This document shows, one piece after another, positions 18,363 through 26,080 of a DNA stretch of 50,649 nt (position 1 is the stretch's first letter; the number at the start of each line of letters is the position of its first letter). The stretch is from a virus. Its lineage: Duplodnaviria; Caudoviricetes. Made by a program: the position numbers and the translations under genes. The stretch is taken from the IMG/VR virus record IMGVR_UViG_3300038520_000510, positions 1 to 50,649 of that record. One strand, 5' to 3'. The notes below the pieces were generated by a model. That model was not told the origin of the DNA. It saw only the letters and a program-made list of their open reading frames with translations, and made no database searches.

Positions 18363-18418
18363 TTTTAGATTTTGAAGACCTCTCACTACCGTAAGAGGTC
18401 TTCTAAATCTTTTAAATA
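18363..18418. repeat. 56-nt perfect direct repeat containing a 20-bp hairpin, copy 2
   Basis: Identical to 17851-17906. Confidence 0.95.
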
Positions 18419-18421
18419 TTA

Positions 18422-18610
18422 TTAAACTCTGTTCGGAGCTTTAACACATCTGAAACCAGATATAGCTTTTCTGGTTCCATGTTTCCAAACAGATTTACTA
18501 TGAGGAGTACTATCAAACAGTTTTTTAAACTGAGTCCTAGTAATTCTGTTAGTAAAAGTTCTACGTTTAGGGTCAGTAGCCCTAGAGAGTTTATAAAAGT
18601 ATTTAATCAT
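18422..18610 (-). CDS. Hypothetical basic protein
   Basis: AAGGAG SD; ATGA overlap with the upstream gene. Confidence 0.65.
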   Translation of the reverse strand: MIKYFYKLSRATDPKRRTFTNRITRTQFKKLFDSTPHSKSVWKHGTRKAISGFRCVKAPNRV

Positions 18611-18795
18611 ATTAAACTCCTTCGCCGCTTGAAGTAATAAACTCTAGAACCTTTACGGCCAAAAGGTTTAGAGATTCTAACTACGTTAGTTTCTTTGTAA
18701 ATTCCTTCAGTTTTTCTACTGAATTTATATTTATTATAACTCTCTAGAATCCAGTGAGGACTGAGAAGATAATATAAAATATTTAAATATATCAT
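18607..18795 (-). CDS. Hypothetical basic protein
   Basis: AGGAG SD directly after the terminator U-tract. Confidence 0.6.
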   Translation of the reverse strand: MIYLNILYYLLSPHWILESYNKYKFSRKTEGIYKETNVVRISKPFGRKGSRVYYFKRRRSLI

Positions 18796-18809
18796 TATTA
18801 GATACTCCT

Positions 18810-18840
18810 AAAAACTCAAGAGGGCCGAAGCCCTCCTGAG
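18810..18840 (-). terminator. Intrinsic terminator
   Basis: Minus strand reads CTCAGGAGGGC-TTCG-GCCCTCTTGAG-TTTTT. Confidence 0.85.
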
Positions 18841-18850
18841 CGTTTTGCCT

Positions 18851-19363
18851 TTAGGCAAGTTTAAGCTGAGTTACAAGCTGATCAAGCGTAGACTTGATAA
18901 GATTTACATCCTCAGACATTTTACTGACCTCGCCTTCTACGAAGGCCATGCGCTTTTCTAAATCACTCGGTGCTGCTTTAGCAGCGACCTTGGGAGTAGA
19001 CTTCTTGGCGACCTTGGTCGCTGTACGCTTGGCAACCTTCTTGGTTGCTGTACGCTTGGCGACCTTCTTGGTCGCTTTGACTTTGACCGGAGCCTTTGGC
19101 TCCACCATGTCCTCGGTCTTGACCTTACGAGTAAGGTAAGCTGGGACTGTAGAAATCTCGAAAAGCTCTTGAGCTTTTCCCCGAGTCATGGAAGAAGCCG
19201 GGAACTGGGAGTATAAAACTCCCAAGCAACGCTTCCGAATGATTGGAAACTTGATCTCTGGAATCCCCAGAGATTCACAGATCAGGTAAGCAAACTTACC
19301 TGCTAGGCCAAAGTACTGCTTAGGAGTTGCTTGAATTTCATTCAAAGTAGTTGAAGTTGTCAT
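18851..19363 (-). CDS. Early protein with histone H1-like Lys/Ala repeats and a C-terminal coiled coil
   Basis: ATKKVAKRT-ATKKVAKRT-ATKVAKKS repeats; heptad-patterned tail; GGAG SD. Confidence 0.8.
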   Translation of the reverse strand: MTTSTTLNEIQATPKQYFGLAGKFAYLICESLGIPEIKFPIIRKRCLGVLYSQFPASSMTRGKAQELFEISTVPAYLTRKVKTEDMVEPKAPVKVKATKKVAKRTATKKVAKRTATKVAKKSTPKVAAKAAPSDLEKRMAFVEGEVSKMSEDVNLIKSTLDQLVTQLKLA

Positions 19364-19411
19364 AGTAAAAATCTCCGATTTTTAAAGTTGTGTTGTGGTT
19401 TGTTGGTGGTG

Positions 19412-19470
19412 CTAAGGAGCTTTTAAGTCTCCCTCACAAGTAAGGGAGACTAAAAAGTCCTAAGGGTCTA
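19412..19470. repeat. Hairpin repeat, copy 1 (pairs with 19721-19780)
   Basis: AGTCTCCC/GGGAGACT stem, CAAG centre and a shared CTAAGGGTCTA flank. Confidence 0.85.
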
Positions 19471-19647
19471 TCTTCCGCTGATCCTTCGGTTCTGAGCAGC
19501 TTGTATAAACTCAAGGAGTTTATCGTACTCGGGATCGTTTGGATCAATCGTGAGTTTAATCGTGGGCTTTGATTCGGTGACTTCTTTGGCGGTGAACAGT
19601 CCACACTCAAAACCTTTGACGTAGTCAAGTGTAAATTCAACTTTCAT
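19468..19647 (-). CDS. First early gene, 59 aa (not in ORF track)
   Basis: AAGGAG SD; MKVEFTLDYVKGFECGLF...NRRISGR; sits between the two hairpin repeats. Confidence 0.75.
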   Translation of the reverse strand: MKVEFTLDYVKGFECGLFTAKEVTESKPTIKLTIDPNDPEYDKLLEFIQAAQNRRISGR

Positions 19648-19720
19648 GTGTAAAACTCCTTGAGTTTTTGTGCGTAAGTTTGACTGATCGGCTCGGTGCT
19701 GTGTTGCTCTGGCCGATCTC

Positions 19721-19780
19721 CTAAGAGACTTTTAAGTGTCCCTCACAAGTGAGGGGACACTAAAAAGCTCTAAGGGTCTA
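19721..19780. repeat. Hairpin repeat, copy 2
   Basis: AGTGTCCC/GGGACACT stem, a compensatory double change relative to copy 1. Confidence 0.85.
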
Positions 19781-19866
19781 GGGGTATCTTTCTTGCTGGG
19801 TGATTTTTGAGGCGCATAATGCCTAGGAAAAGGCGTGAAGAAAGCTATGTGTGAAGAATCTCTGGG

Positions 19867-20105
19867 TATAGATTATTTAGCTTGCTAAATACTCTATAAC
19901 CTGTTGAATTTTATAGACTCTTGAGTCTATAAAATTTATTCTAAAGACTTACTAAATCTCTTGAGATTTTGTAAACTAGGGAGATCTTGGGACAGAATCT
20001 TTTAAGAACTTAAAAGATTCTGAAGTCTTGGGAGTCTTAATAGTCTAACAAGTTAGACTATTAATCTTTTCAGACCTCTAAAGACTGTTAGTCTTTAGAG
20101 GTCTG
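19867..20105. repeat. Array of six tandem palindromes
   Basis: Inverted repeats at 19867-19898, 19907-19936, 19949-19974, 19993-20022, 20037-20064 and 20071-20105; arms 12-16 bp, spacers 2-3 nt. Confidence 0.95.
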
Positions 20106-20288
20106 GGCAGGAGGCCATGCCACCCCCCATATATATATACTAATATACACATATTTTGGAGATTTTGGAGTGTTAAGCAGTTCAGGGCGGGATACTTTAA
20201 AGTATTTTAGGGCCATACAGCCTTTAAAGACTCAATCCGATAGGATTGTCATGCCTATATAGCTATGAACCCGGAGGGTACAAAGAAT

Positions 20289-20317
20289 ATTATACAGTTC
20301 ACAGAGCATTTTGTCAA
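20289..20317 (-). promoter_or_regulatory. Consensus sigma70 promoter, leftward
   Basis: TTGACA (20317-20312), 17-nt spacer, TATAAT (20294-20289). Confidence 0.9.
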
Positions 20318-20344
20318 GTTATTTAGTATAATATTAAATAATAC

Positions 20345-20373
20345 TTGACAAAACCTCTATTTAGGACTATAAT
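20345..20373 (+). promoter_or_regulatory. Consensus sigma70 promoter, rightward
   Basis: TTGACA, 17-nt spacer, TATAAT; 8 nt before the terS ATG. Confidence 0.9.
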
Positions 20374-20381
20374 ACTATAAA

Positions 20382-20753
20382 ATGAATAAAGAATTAACTG
20401 TAAAACAAAAAGATTTCTTGGACTATCTGGTTGAAACTGGAGGTGATCCTAAGAAAGCTGCTGAGTTAGCGGGATATGCCGCGAATGGACATTGGCAGGT
20501 TGTCAAGGCACTCAAAACTGAAATCATAGAACTGGCCTCTAACATTCTTGCTCAGTCAGCACCCCAAGCCGCTATGAAACTTGTAGAGGTTATGCACTCT
20601 GATCAGCCTATACCACAGGCAAACATGAGACTTCAGGCTGCACAGACCATACTAGACCGTACAGGACTTGGAAAACAAGAAAGATTAGATGTAAATAATA
20701 ATATGAATGGGGGTTTATTTATATTACCCGCAAAAGCTAATGAGGCGAACTAG
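20382..20753 (+). CDS. Terminase small subunit
   Basis: LT.KQ..FL...AAELAGY helix-turn-helix, AAQTILDR.G and FILP.K; lies before terL. Confidence 0.75.
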   Translation: MNKELTVKQKDFLDYLVETGGDPKKAAELAGYAANGHWQVVKALKTEIIELASNILAQSAPQAAMKLVEVMHSDQPIPQANMRLQAAQTILDRTGLGKQERLDVNNNMNGGLFILPAKANEAN

Positions 20754-20973
20754 CAGCACAATACCTTTTGGGTATAAACTATCTGAAGATGAAAAGACTT
20801 TGGAGCCTATAGAGCAACAGCTAGAATCTTTAGATAAAATAAAAGAACTTGTATCCTCTGATATGATGTCATTGCGCGAGGGTGCTGATTGGTTATCTCA
20901 TATGACAGGCAGAAGTATAAGCCATGTCGGGTTAAAGAATATTATTAATGGAAGATTGGGAGAAAAATCCTGA
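20740..20973 (+). CDS. Small HTH protein (start at MRRTS)
   Basis: IPFGY...SLRE.A.WL...TGR.ISH.GL. Confidence 0.7.
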   Translation: MRRTSSTIPFGYKLSEDEKTLEPIEQQLESLDKIKELVSSDMMSLREGADWLSHMTGRSISHVGLKNIINGRLGEKS

Positions 20974-22621
20974 GAACTACCTCAAAGATTCGGAAGGTAA
21001 TTTCGTTTTAAAGAAAGACGGAACTCCTAGACGCAAAGGTGGTAGACCAAAGGGTGCAAAAGGTAGAGGCTATAATTACCACTCAGAAACGAAAGCAAAG
21101 ATACAGGCGCGGAGAACTGTACGCAAAAAAGAAAAAGAAGCAGAACGTACAAGAGTTAAACTATCTCAGCAACGAGAAAAACTAAAAGCCTCTAAAGAAA
21201 CTTTACAAAAGTTAGATAATAATAATAATAAAATAATTACAGATGATGTTCTGTCAAAGGTTCCAAAAGCCTTACGGGAAGAAGCTAACGACAATGTTAT
21301 CTTCAAACCAAACTCAGGGCCACAGACAGACTTCTTAGCTGCTCCTGAGAGGGACGTATTGTACGGTGGAGCAGCAGGGGGCGGTAAGTCCTATGCTATG
21401 TTGATAGATCCTCTCAGATACGCTCATAGACCCGCACACAGGGCGTTAATACTTAGACGCTCTATGCCAGAACTTAGAGAGTTAATAGATAAGTCTAGAG
21501 AGCTTTACCCAAGGGCTTTCCCCGGTTGTAAGTATCGGGAGGTCGAAAAACTTTGGAACTTCCCCAGCGGAGCTAAAGTTGAATTTGGATTCTTGGAGCG
21601 AGATGCAGATGTCTACCGCTATCAAGGACAAGCATACAGTTGGATAGGTTTTGATGAGATTACTCACCTACCCACAGAGTTTGGTTGGAATTATCTGGCT
21701 TCACGACTTCGTACAACTGACCCAGATATTGTTCCTTATATGCGGTGTACCGCTAACCCCGGTGGTGTTGGCGCACATTGGGTAAAGAAAAGATATATAT
21801 TACCATATCCTCCTAATGAATCTTTTACAGGTGAGGATGGTCTAACTAGAAAGTTTATACCTGCAAGACTAGATGATAATCCCTATCTTGCAGCAGATGG
21901 TCGTTATGAAGAGATGCTCAAAGCTCTTCCAGCCATCCAAAGAAAACAATTACTAGAGGGTAATTGGGAGATAGCAGAGGGTGCTGCTTTCACAGAGTTT
22001 GAAACAGCTACCCATGTAGTTACACCATTTGAGATTCCTATAGGATGGGAAAGGGTCAAAGGGATTGACTACGGATATGCATCAGAAAGTGCCTGTGTCT
22101 GGGGAGCAGTTGATCCTACAGATGGCACACTGATAATATATAGAGAGTTGTACCGTAAAGGACTTACGGGTGAAGATCTGGGACAGATGATATTAGAAAT
22201 GGAAGTACAAGATCCATTTTCTGTACCCGGAGTTCTTGATACAGCTGCTTGGGCTAAGACAGGTTCTACAGGCCCAACAGTCGGTGAAGCCCTTATGCGT
22301 GTGGGACACAAGCTAAGAAGAGCCGATAAGAATCGTATACAGGGAAAAATACAGGTTCACGAATACTTGAAGTTGCAGCAAAGCGGAAGGCCACGTTTGC
22401 AGATATTTAACAGTTGCCCTAATCTGATACGCGAACTTCAAAGTATTCCCCTAGATAGAACTAATCCAGAGGATGTGGATACTCATGCCTCGGATCATGC
22501 TTACGATGCACTTAGGTACTTGATAATGTCAAGACCAAGAATAGCAGATCCTTTGACTAGAATTAGGCATATGCATCGGGAACAAGCATTTACACCATTA
22601 GATTCAGAATTTGGTTATTAA
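20948..22621 (+). CDS. Terminase large subunit with a basic N-terminal extension
   Basis: Walker A YGGAAGGGKS, Walker B IGFDE, coupling motif TANPGG, nuclease motifs GIDYG and DHAYDALRY. Confidence 0.95.
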   Translation: MEDWEKNPENYLKDSEGNFVLKKDGTPRRKGGRPKGAKGRGYNYHSETKAKIQARRTVRKKEKEAERTRVKLSQQREKLKASKETLQKLDNNNNKIITDDVLSKVPKALREEANDNVIFKPNSGPQTDFLAAPERDVLYGGAAGGGKSYAMLIDPLRYAHRPAHRALILRRSMPELRELIDKSRELYPRAFPGCKYREVEKLWNFPSGAKVEFGFLERDADVYRYQGQAYSWIGFDEITHLPTEFGWNYLASRLRTTDPDIVPYMRCTANPGGVGAHWVKKRYILPYPPNESFTGEDGLTRKFIPARLDDNPYLAADGRYEEMLKALPAIQRKQLLEGNWEIAEGAAFTEFETATHVVTPFEIPIGWERVKGIDYGYASESACVWGAVDPTDGTLIIYRELYRKGLTGEDLGQMILEMEVQDPFSVPGVLDTAAWAKTGSTGPTVGEALMRVGHKLRRADKNRIQGKIQVHEYLKLQQSGRPRLQIFNSCPNLIRELQSIPLDRTNPEDVDTHASDHAYDALRYLIMSRPRIADPLTRIRHMHREQAFTPLDSEFGY

Positions 22622-22635
22622 TAGGAGAAGCCAAA

Positions 22636-23193
22636 ATGTCAGCATTACCCGGAGTCATAGATGTACGCGATGATGCAGGATCTCCCCGTGTTGGAGATGT
22701 TCGTGATCTTGCAACGCGAGTAGGCGCACAAGCTACAACAACTACAGGCACTATCGCAGTTACAGCTAACGCTACTTATGATGTAAGTTTTACTCAGCCA
22801 GCAGGAACATCAATTAAAAATATTATCATGATTGCAGCAGGTAACTTGGTTACTGGAGGCTCATCTGGTGATGATATTGACTTTGATTTAGGAACCTCCG
22901 CAGGTGGTGGTCAAATCATTGATGAGAAAGCAATCGCTGATGATGGTGGTAGCGCAGTAACTATTGCTGCTAATACACCTTTGTTTATTGTTGAGAATGG
23001 TATTCCAGCAGCAGCTAATAAGTTTGCAAACATGAGCGGTGGCCCTGCAACATCAGAGGCTATGACTCTTGCAGCATCTCTTGCTAGTACAACTGAAAGG
23101 ACTTTGCACATTCGTCTGAAGCCTCTTGCAAGTGACTTAGCTACAGCTGCAACGACTGTTACATTTGTAATTGATTTTATAACACTACCATAA
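22636..23193 (+). CDS. Probable virion structural (head decoration-like) protein
   Basis: Ala/Thr/Gly-rich, beta-type composition; strong SD; between terL and portal. Confidence 0.5.
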   Translation: MSALPGVIDVRDDAGSPRVGDVRDLATRVGAQATTTTGTIAVTANATYDVSFTQPAGTSIKNIIMIAAGNLVTGGSSGDDIDFDLGTSAGGGQIIDEKAIADDGGSAVTIAANTPLFIVENGIPAAANKFANMSGGPATSEAMTLAASLASTTERTLHIRLKPLASDLATAATTVTFVIDFITLP

Positions 23194-23194
23194 T

Positions 23195-25378
23195 ATGTCT
23201 GAAGAAAACTCTTTGACAGGTGACGCGAATAGTGCCTACTTTCAGGATGTAGAAGGCGAACAAGGTAAAAATATAAACCTTGAAAATGCTATCTATAACC
23301 AGTTTGTAGGCGTTATTTATGATCGTTATACATCTGCTAAACTCGCCAGAGATCATGACGAGAGGCGATGGATAACGGGGTATCACAATTACAGAGGACT
23401 TTATCCAAAACACTATAAATTTAGAGAATCTGAAAAATCAAGAGTTTTTGTAAAAGTTACTAAGACTAAAGTTCTAGCCGCTTTTGGTCAGCTAGTAGAT
23501 GTTGTTTTTGGTTCCAATAAGCTCCCTATTGGAATATCAGAAACTAAACAACCGGAGGGTGTAGCTGAATATGCACACCTTGATACTAATAATCCGGTTC
23601 CCAGCATAGAAACTAGCTTACCAGCCCCGGAGCCTAGCACCGATAATCCTTACAATGTAGGGTATGCAGGTGATGAAAAAGTCTTAAATGCCGGGGCAAC
23701 CTATGAAAAGGGAGAGACTGAGGATATAGATGCAGTACTAAAAGATTCTCTTAAAGATGGATCTTCTGCTATACCTGAGTTTTTTGAAACTAAACCTGCT
23801 CAAGAATCTGCTAGACGCATGGAAAAAATAATCCATGATCAGATTGAAGAGTCTAAAGGTTCTAGTGAAATACGCAACGCTCTATTTGAGTGTGCGTTAT
23901 TTGGCACTGGTATTGTAAAAGGCCCGTTTAACTTTAATAAAGTTTTAAATAGATGGTCTGAAAATCCAGCTGGAGAAAGAGAATACAATCCTGTTCAGGT
24001 GCGTGTTCCAAGAATAGAATTTGTTAGCATCTGGGATTTTTATCCAGACCCTAATGCTACTAATATGGATGAGTGTGAATATGCATTCCACCGCCATAGA
24101 ATGAATAAGTCTCAAGTTAGAGCGTTAGCAAATATGCCTTACTTTGATAAGGATGCTATACGAGACACTCTAAGAATGGGGCCAAACTATGAGCCTGATA
24201 ATTATGAGCATGAGTTAAAAGATGACCAAAGGTCTGATGATTATGGTTCTGGTCAATATGAAGTTTTAGAATACTGGGGAATAATGGATGCTGAGTATGC
24301 CCAACAAGCAGGTATAGAACTCCCAGCAGAAGTAGATGACTTAGATGAAGTTCAAATAAATGCTTGGATTTGTAACGGCAATATACTTAGGGCTGTAATT
24401 AATCCATTTACTCCCCATCGAATCCCATACAATTCTTTTCCGTATGAAAGAAATCCCTATAGCTTTTTTGGTATAGGTGTTGCTGAAAATATGGATGACT
24501 CTCAAAAGATTATGAATGGTCATGCACGTATGGCTATTGATAATCTTGCCCTATCTGGATCGTTAGTATTTGATGTTGACGAATCTTCTTTAGTTGGCGG
24601 TCAGAGTATGGAGATATATCCGGGTAAAATATTTAAACGACAAGCAGGTGTACCCGGAACAGCTATAAACGGATTGAAGTTTCCTAATACTTCTAATGAA
24701 AATATGATGATGTTTGACAGGTTTAGGCAGCTTGCTGATGAGCAAACAGGCATACCTAGTTATTCACATGGTCAAACAGGTGTACAGAGCATGACCCGTA
24801 CCGCATCCGGTATGTCAATGCTTCTAGGTGCAGCATCATTAAATATAAAAACAGTTATAAAAAATCTAGATGACTTTTTACTAAGACCTCTTGGTGAGGC
24901 TTATTATCAATGGAATATGCAGTTCTTAGATAAAAAGCTAAACATAGAGGGTGATTTAGAAGTAAAAGCTACAGGCACTAATAGCCTAATGCAGAAAGAA
25001 GTCCGTAGTCAAAGACTGACTATGTTTTTACAGACAGCACAGAATCCTTCAATAGCCCCTTTTATTAAGATAAATAAGCTAATCAGCGAACTGGCATACT
25101 CTTTGGAACTTGACCCAGATGAGATATTAAATGACCCAGAAGAAGCAGCTGTGATGGCTAGGATTATAGGATTACAAAATAATGCTGGACAAACAACTGG
25201 TCAGGAAGCTCAAGCCAATAGTGAACAACCCGGAGACATGGGAAGCCCTGATGGAGTATCTCCAGAAGGCCAAGATGTCGGAGTTACGGGTACTGGCGGT
25301 GGCACAATCGGAACTGGAAGTGTACCGCAGTCAGGGGAGAGTGAGTTCTCTGGAACGCTTAGAGAAGTTGCGGGATAA
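23195..25378 (+). CDS. Portal protein
   Basis: GTGIVKGP, FYPDP, V.EYWG, FFG.G and RTASGMSML motifs; size and position fit. Confidence 0.9.
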   Translation: MSEENSLTGDANSAYFQDVEGEQGKNINLENAIYNQFVGVIYDRYTSAKLARDHDERRWITGYHNYRGLYPKHYKFRESEKSRVFVKVTKTKVLAAFGQLVDVVFGSNKLPIGISETKQPEGVAEYAHLDTNNPVPSIETSLPAPEPSTDNPYNVGYAGDEKVLNAGATYEKGETEDIDAVLKDSLKDGSSAIPEFFETKPAQESARRMEKIIHDQIEESKGSSEIRNALFECALFGTGIVKGPFNFNKVLNRWSENPAGEREYNPVQVRVPRIEFVSIWDFYPDPNATNMDECEYAFHRHRMNKSQVRALANMPYFDKDAIRDTLRMGPNYEPDNYEHELKDDQRSDDYGSGQYEVLEYWGIMDAEYAQQAGIELPAEVDDLDEVQINAWICNGNILRAVINPFTPHRIPYNSFPYERNPYSFFGIGVAENMDDSQKIMNGHARMAIDNLALSGSLVFDVDESSLVGGQSMEIYPGKIFKRQAGVPGTAINGLKFPNTSNENMMMFDRFRQLADEQTGIPSYSHGQTGVQSMTRTASGMSMLLGAASLNIKTVIKNLDDFLLRPLGEAYYQWNMQFLDKKLNIEGDLEVKATGTNSLMQKEVRSQRLTMFLQTAQNPSIAPFIKINKLISELAYSLELDPDEILNDPEEAAVMARIIGLQNNAGQTTGQEAQANSEQPGDMGSPDGVSPEGQDVGVTGTGGGTIGTGSVPQSGESEFSGTLREVAG

Positions 25379-25400
25379 CGTAAACGGATACGAAGAATGA
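25182..25400 (+). CDS. Small post-portal protein overprinted on the portal C-terminus
   Basis: +1 frame. The LKP.VN...W..L.EYL...YR.QG...L..L..LRD.VN pattern is helical and protein-like, and its TGA overlaps the next ATG. Confidence 0.65.
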   Translation: MLDKQLVRKLKPIVNNPETWEALMEYLQKAKMSELRVLAVAQSELEVYRSQGRVSSLERLEKLRDNVNGYEE

Positions 25401-25621
25401 CAATAACTATACTAGAGGCTTTGTCTAGTCAGTACATAGCAGATTTAAAGAAACTTGCAGTAAACATAGAAAATTATACAAGTAACTCAGTTGGTGTAGC
25501 AGAGCATCCTGATATAGTGACTGAAGTAGACAAGTTAATCGAACAAGTAGCTTCAGCAGAAGAGAAGCTCAAAATTGTTCAAGAGATGTTACAAGTAGAG
25601 TTAGAGAGATCTGATGACTAA
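25397..25621 (+). CDS. Conserved hypothetical protein
   Basis: NIE.Y....VG..EHPDI...D......A..KL motif. Confidence 0.8.
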   Translation: MTITILEALSSQYIADLKKLAVNIENYTSNSVGVAEHPDIVTEVDKLIEQVASAEEKLKIVQEMLQVELERSDD

Positions 25622-25793
25622 AAAGAAATCTAGAGTTAATGAGGCTGGTAATTATACCAAGCCAACCATGAGAAAAAACCTTTTCAACAAAATTAAAGCT
25701 GGTGGAAAAGGCGGTAAGCCGGGGCAGTGGTCAGCGCGTAAAGCCCAGATGTTAGCAAAAGAATATAAAGCTAAAGGTGGTGGCTATAAATAA
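25614..25793 (+). CDS. 59-aa basic protein resembling the DUF5872 N-half (not in ORF track)
   Basis: NYTKP..R...GGKPGQWSARKAQ.LA.EYK.KGGGY; TAATG coupling to the next gene. Confidence 0.8.
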   Translation: MTKKKSRVNEAGNYTKPTMRKNLFNKIKAGGKGGKPGQWSARKAQMLAKEYKAKGGGYK

Positions 25794-26080
25794 TGGCTAA
25801 AAAAGATCCTAAAGTTGGCACAGGTAAAAAGCCAAAAGGTTCTGGTAGAAGATTATACACTGATGAGAATCCTAAAGATACTGTCAGTATTAAGTTTGCT
25901 ACTGTACAGGACGCAAGGGATACTGTCAAAAAAGTAAAAAATATAAATAAACCTTTTGCTAGAAAAATACAAATATTAACTGTGTTAGAGCAAAGAGCAA
26001 AAGTGGCAGGGAAACCTAAACAGGCTCAGATTGCTGCAAGAGGTAAAGAAGCAATTAGAAGAGCAAGGAACACAGCGTAA
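25793..26080 (+). CDS. Basic hypothetical protein
   Basis: GTGKKPKGSGRRLYTDENPKDTV; coupled to both neighbours. Confidence 0.8.
   Translation: MAKKDPKVGTGKKPKGSGRRLYTDENPKDTVSIKFATVQDARDTVKKVKNINKPFARKIQILTVLEQRAKVAGKPKQAQIAARGKEAIRRARNTA

Noticed and set aside
16715-18418. Integron attC sites
   Set aside because: There are no consistent RYYYAAC/GTTRRRY ends and no tyrosine recombinase, and the G-U bias favours RNA structure.
15146-19450. T7/T3-type phage promoters (GACTCACTA at 15146, CCCTCAC...AAGGGAGA at 19431)
   Set aside because: They point against the local genes, lack the rest of the consensus and are explained by the hairpin symmetry. No single-subunit RNA polymerase gene is present.
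19434-19640. ORF-track 68-aa ORF
   Set aside because: It has a TTG start without an SD and runs into the hairpin. The overlapping 19468-19647 frame has an AAGGAG SD and an ATG.
19867-20105. CRISPR array
   Set aside because: The palindromes do not share a repeat sequence, the gaps are only about 6-18 nt, and there is no cas operon. The Cas4-like gene is an ordinary replication-module nuclease.
19780-20290. tRNA or known structured ncRNA
   Set aside because: No cloverleaf, T-loop or other recognisable family signature was seen; a covariance search would be needed to exclude it fully.
20740-20973. Serine recombinase or integrase (PFGY motif)
   Set aside because: It is only 77 aa with no catalytic domain, and there is no other sign of lysogeny.
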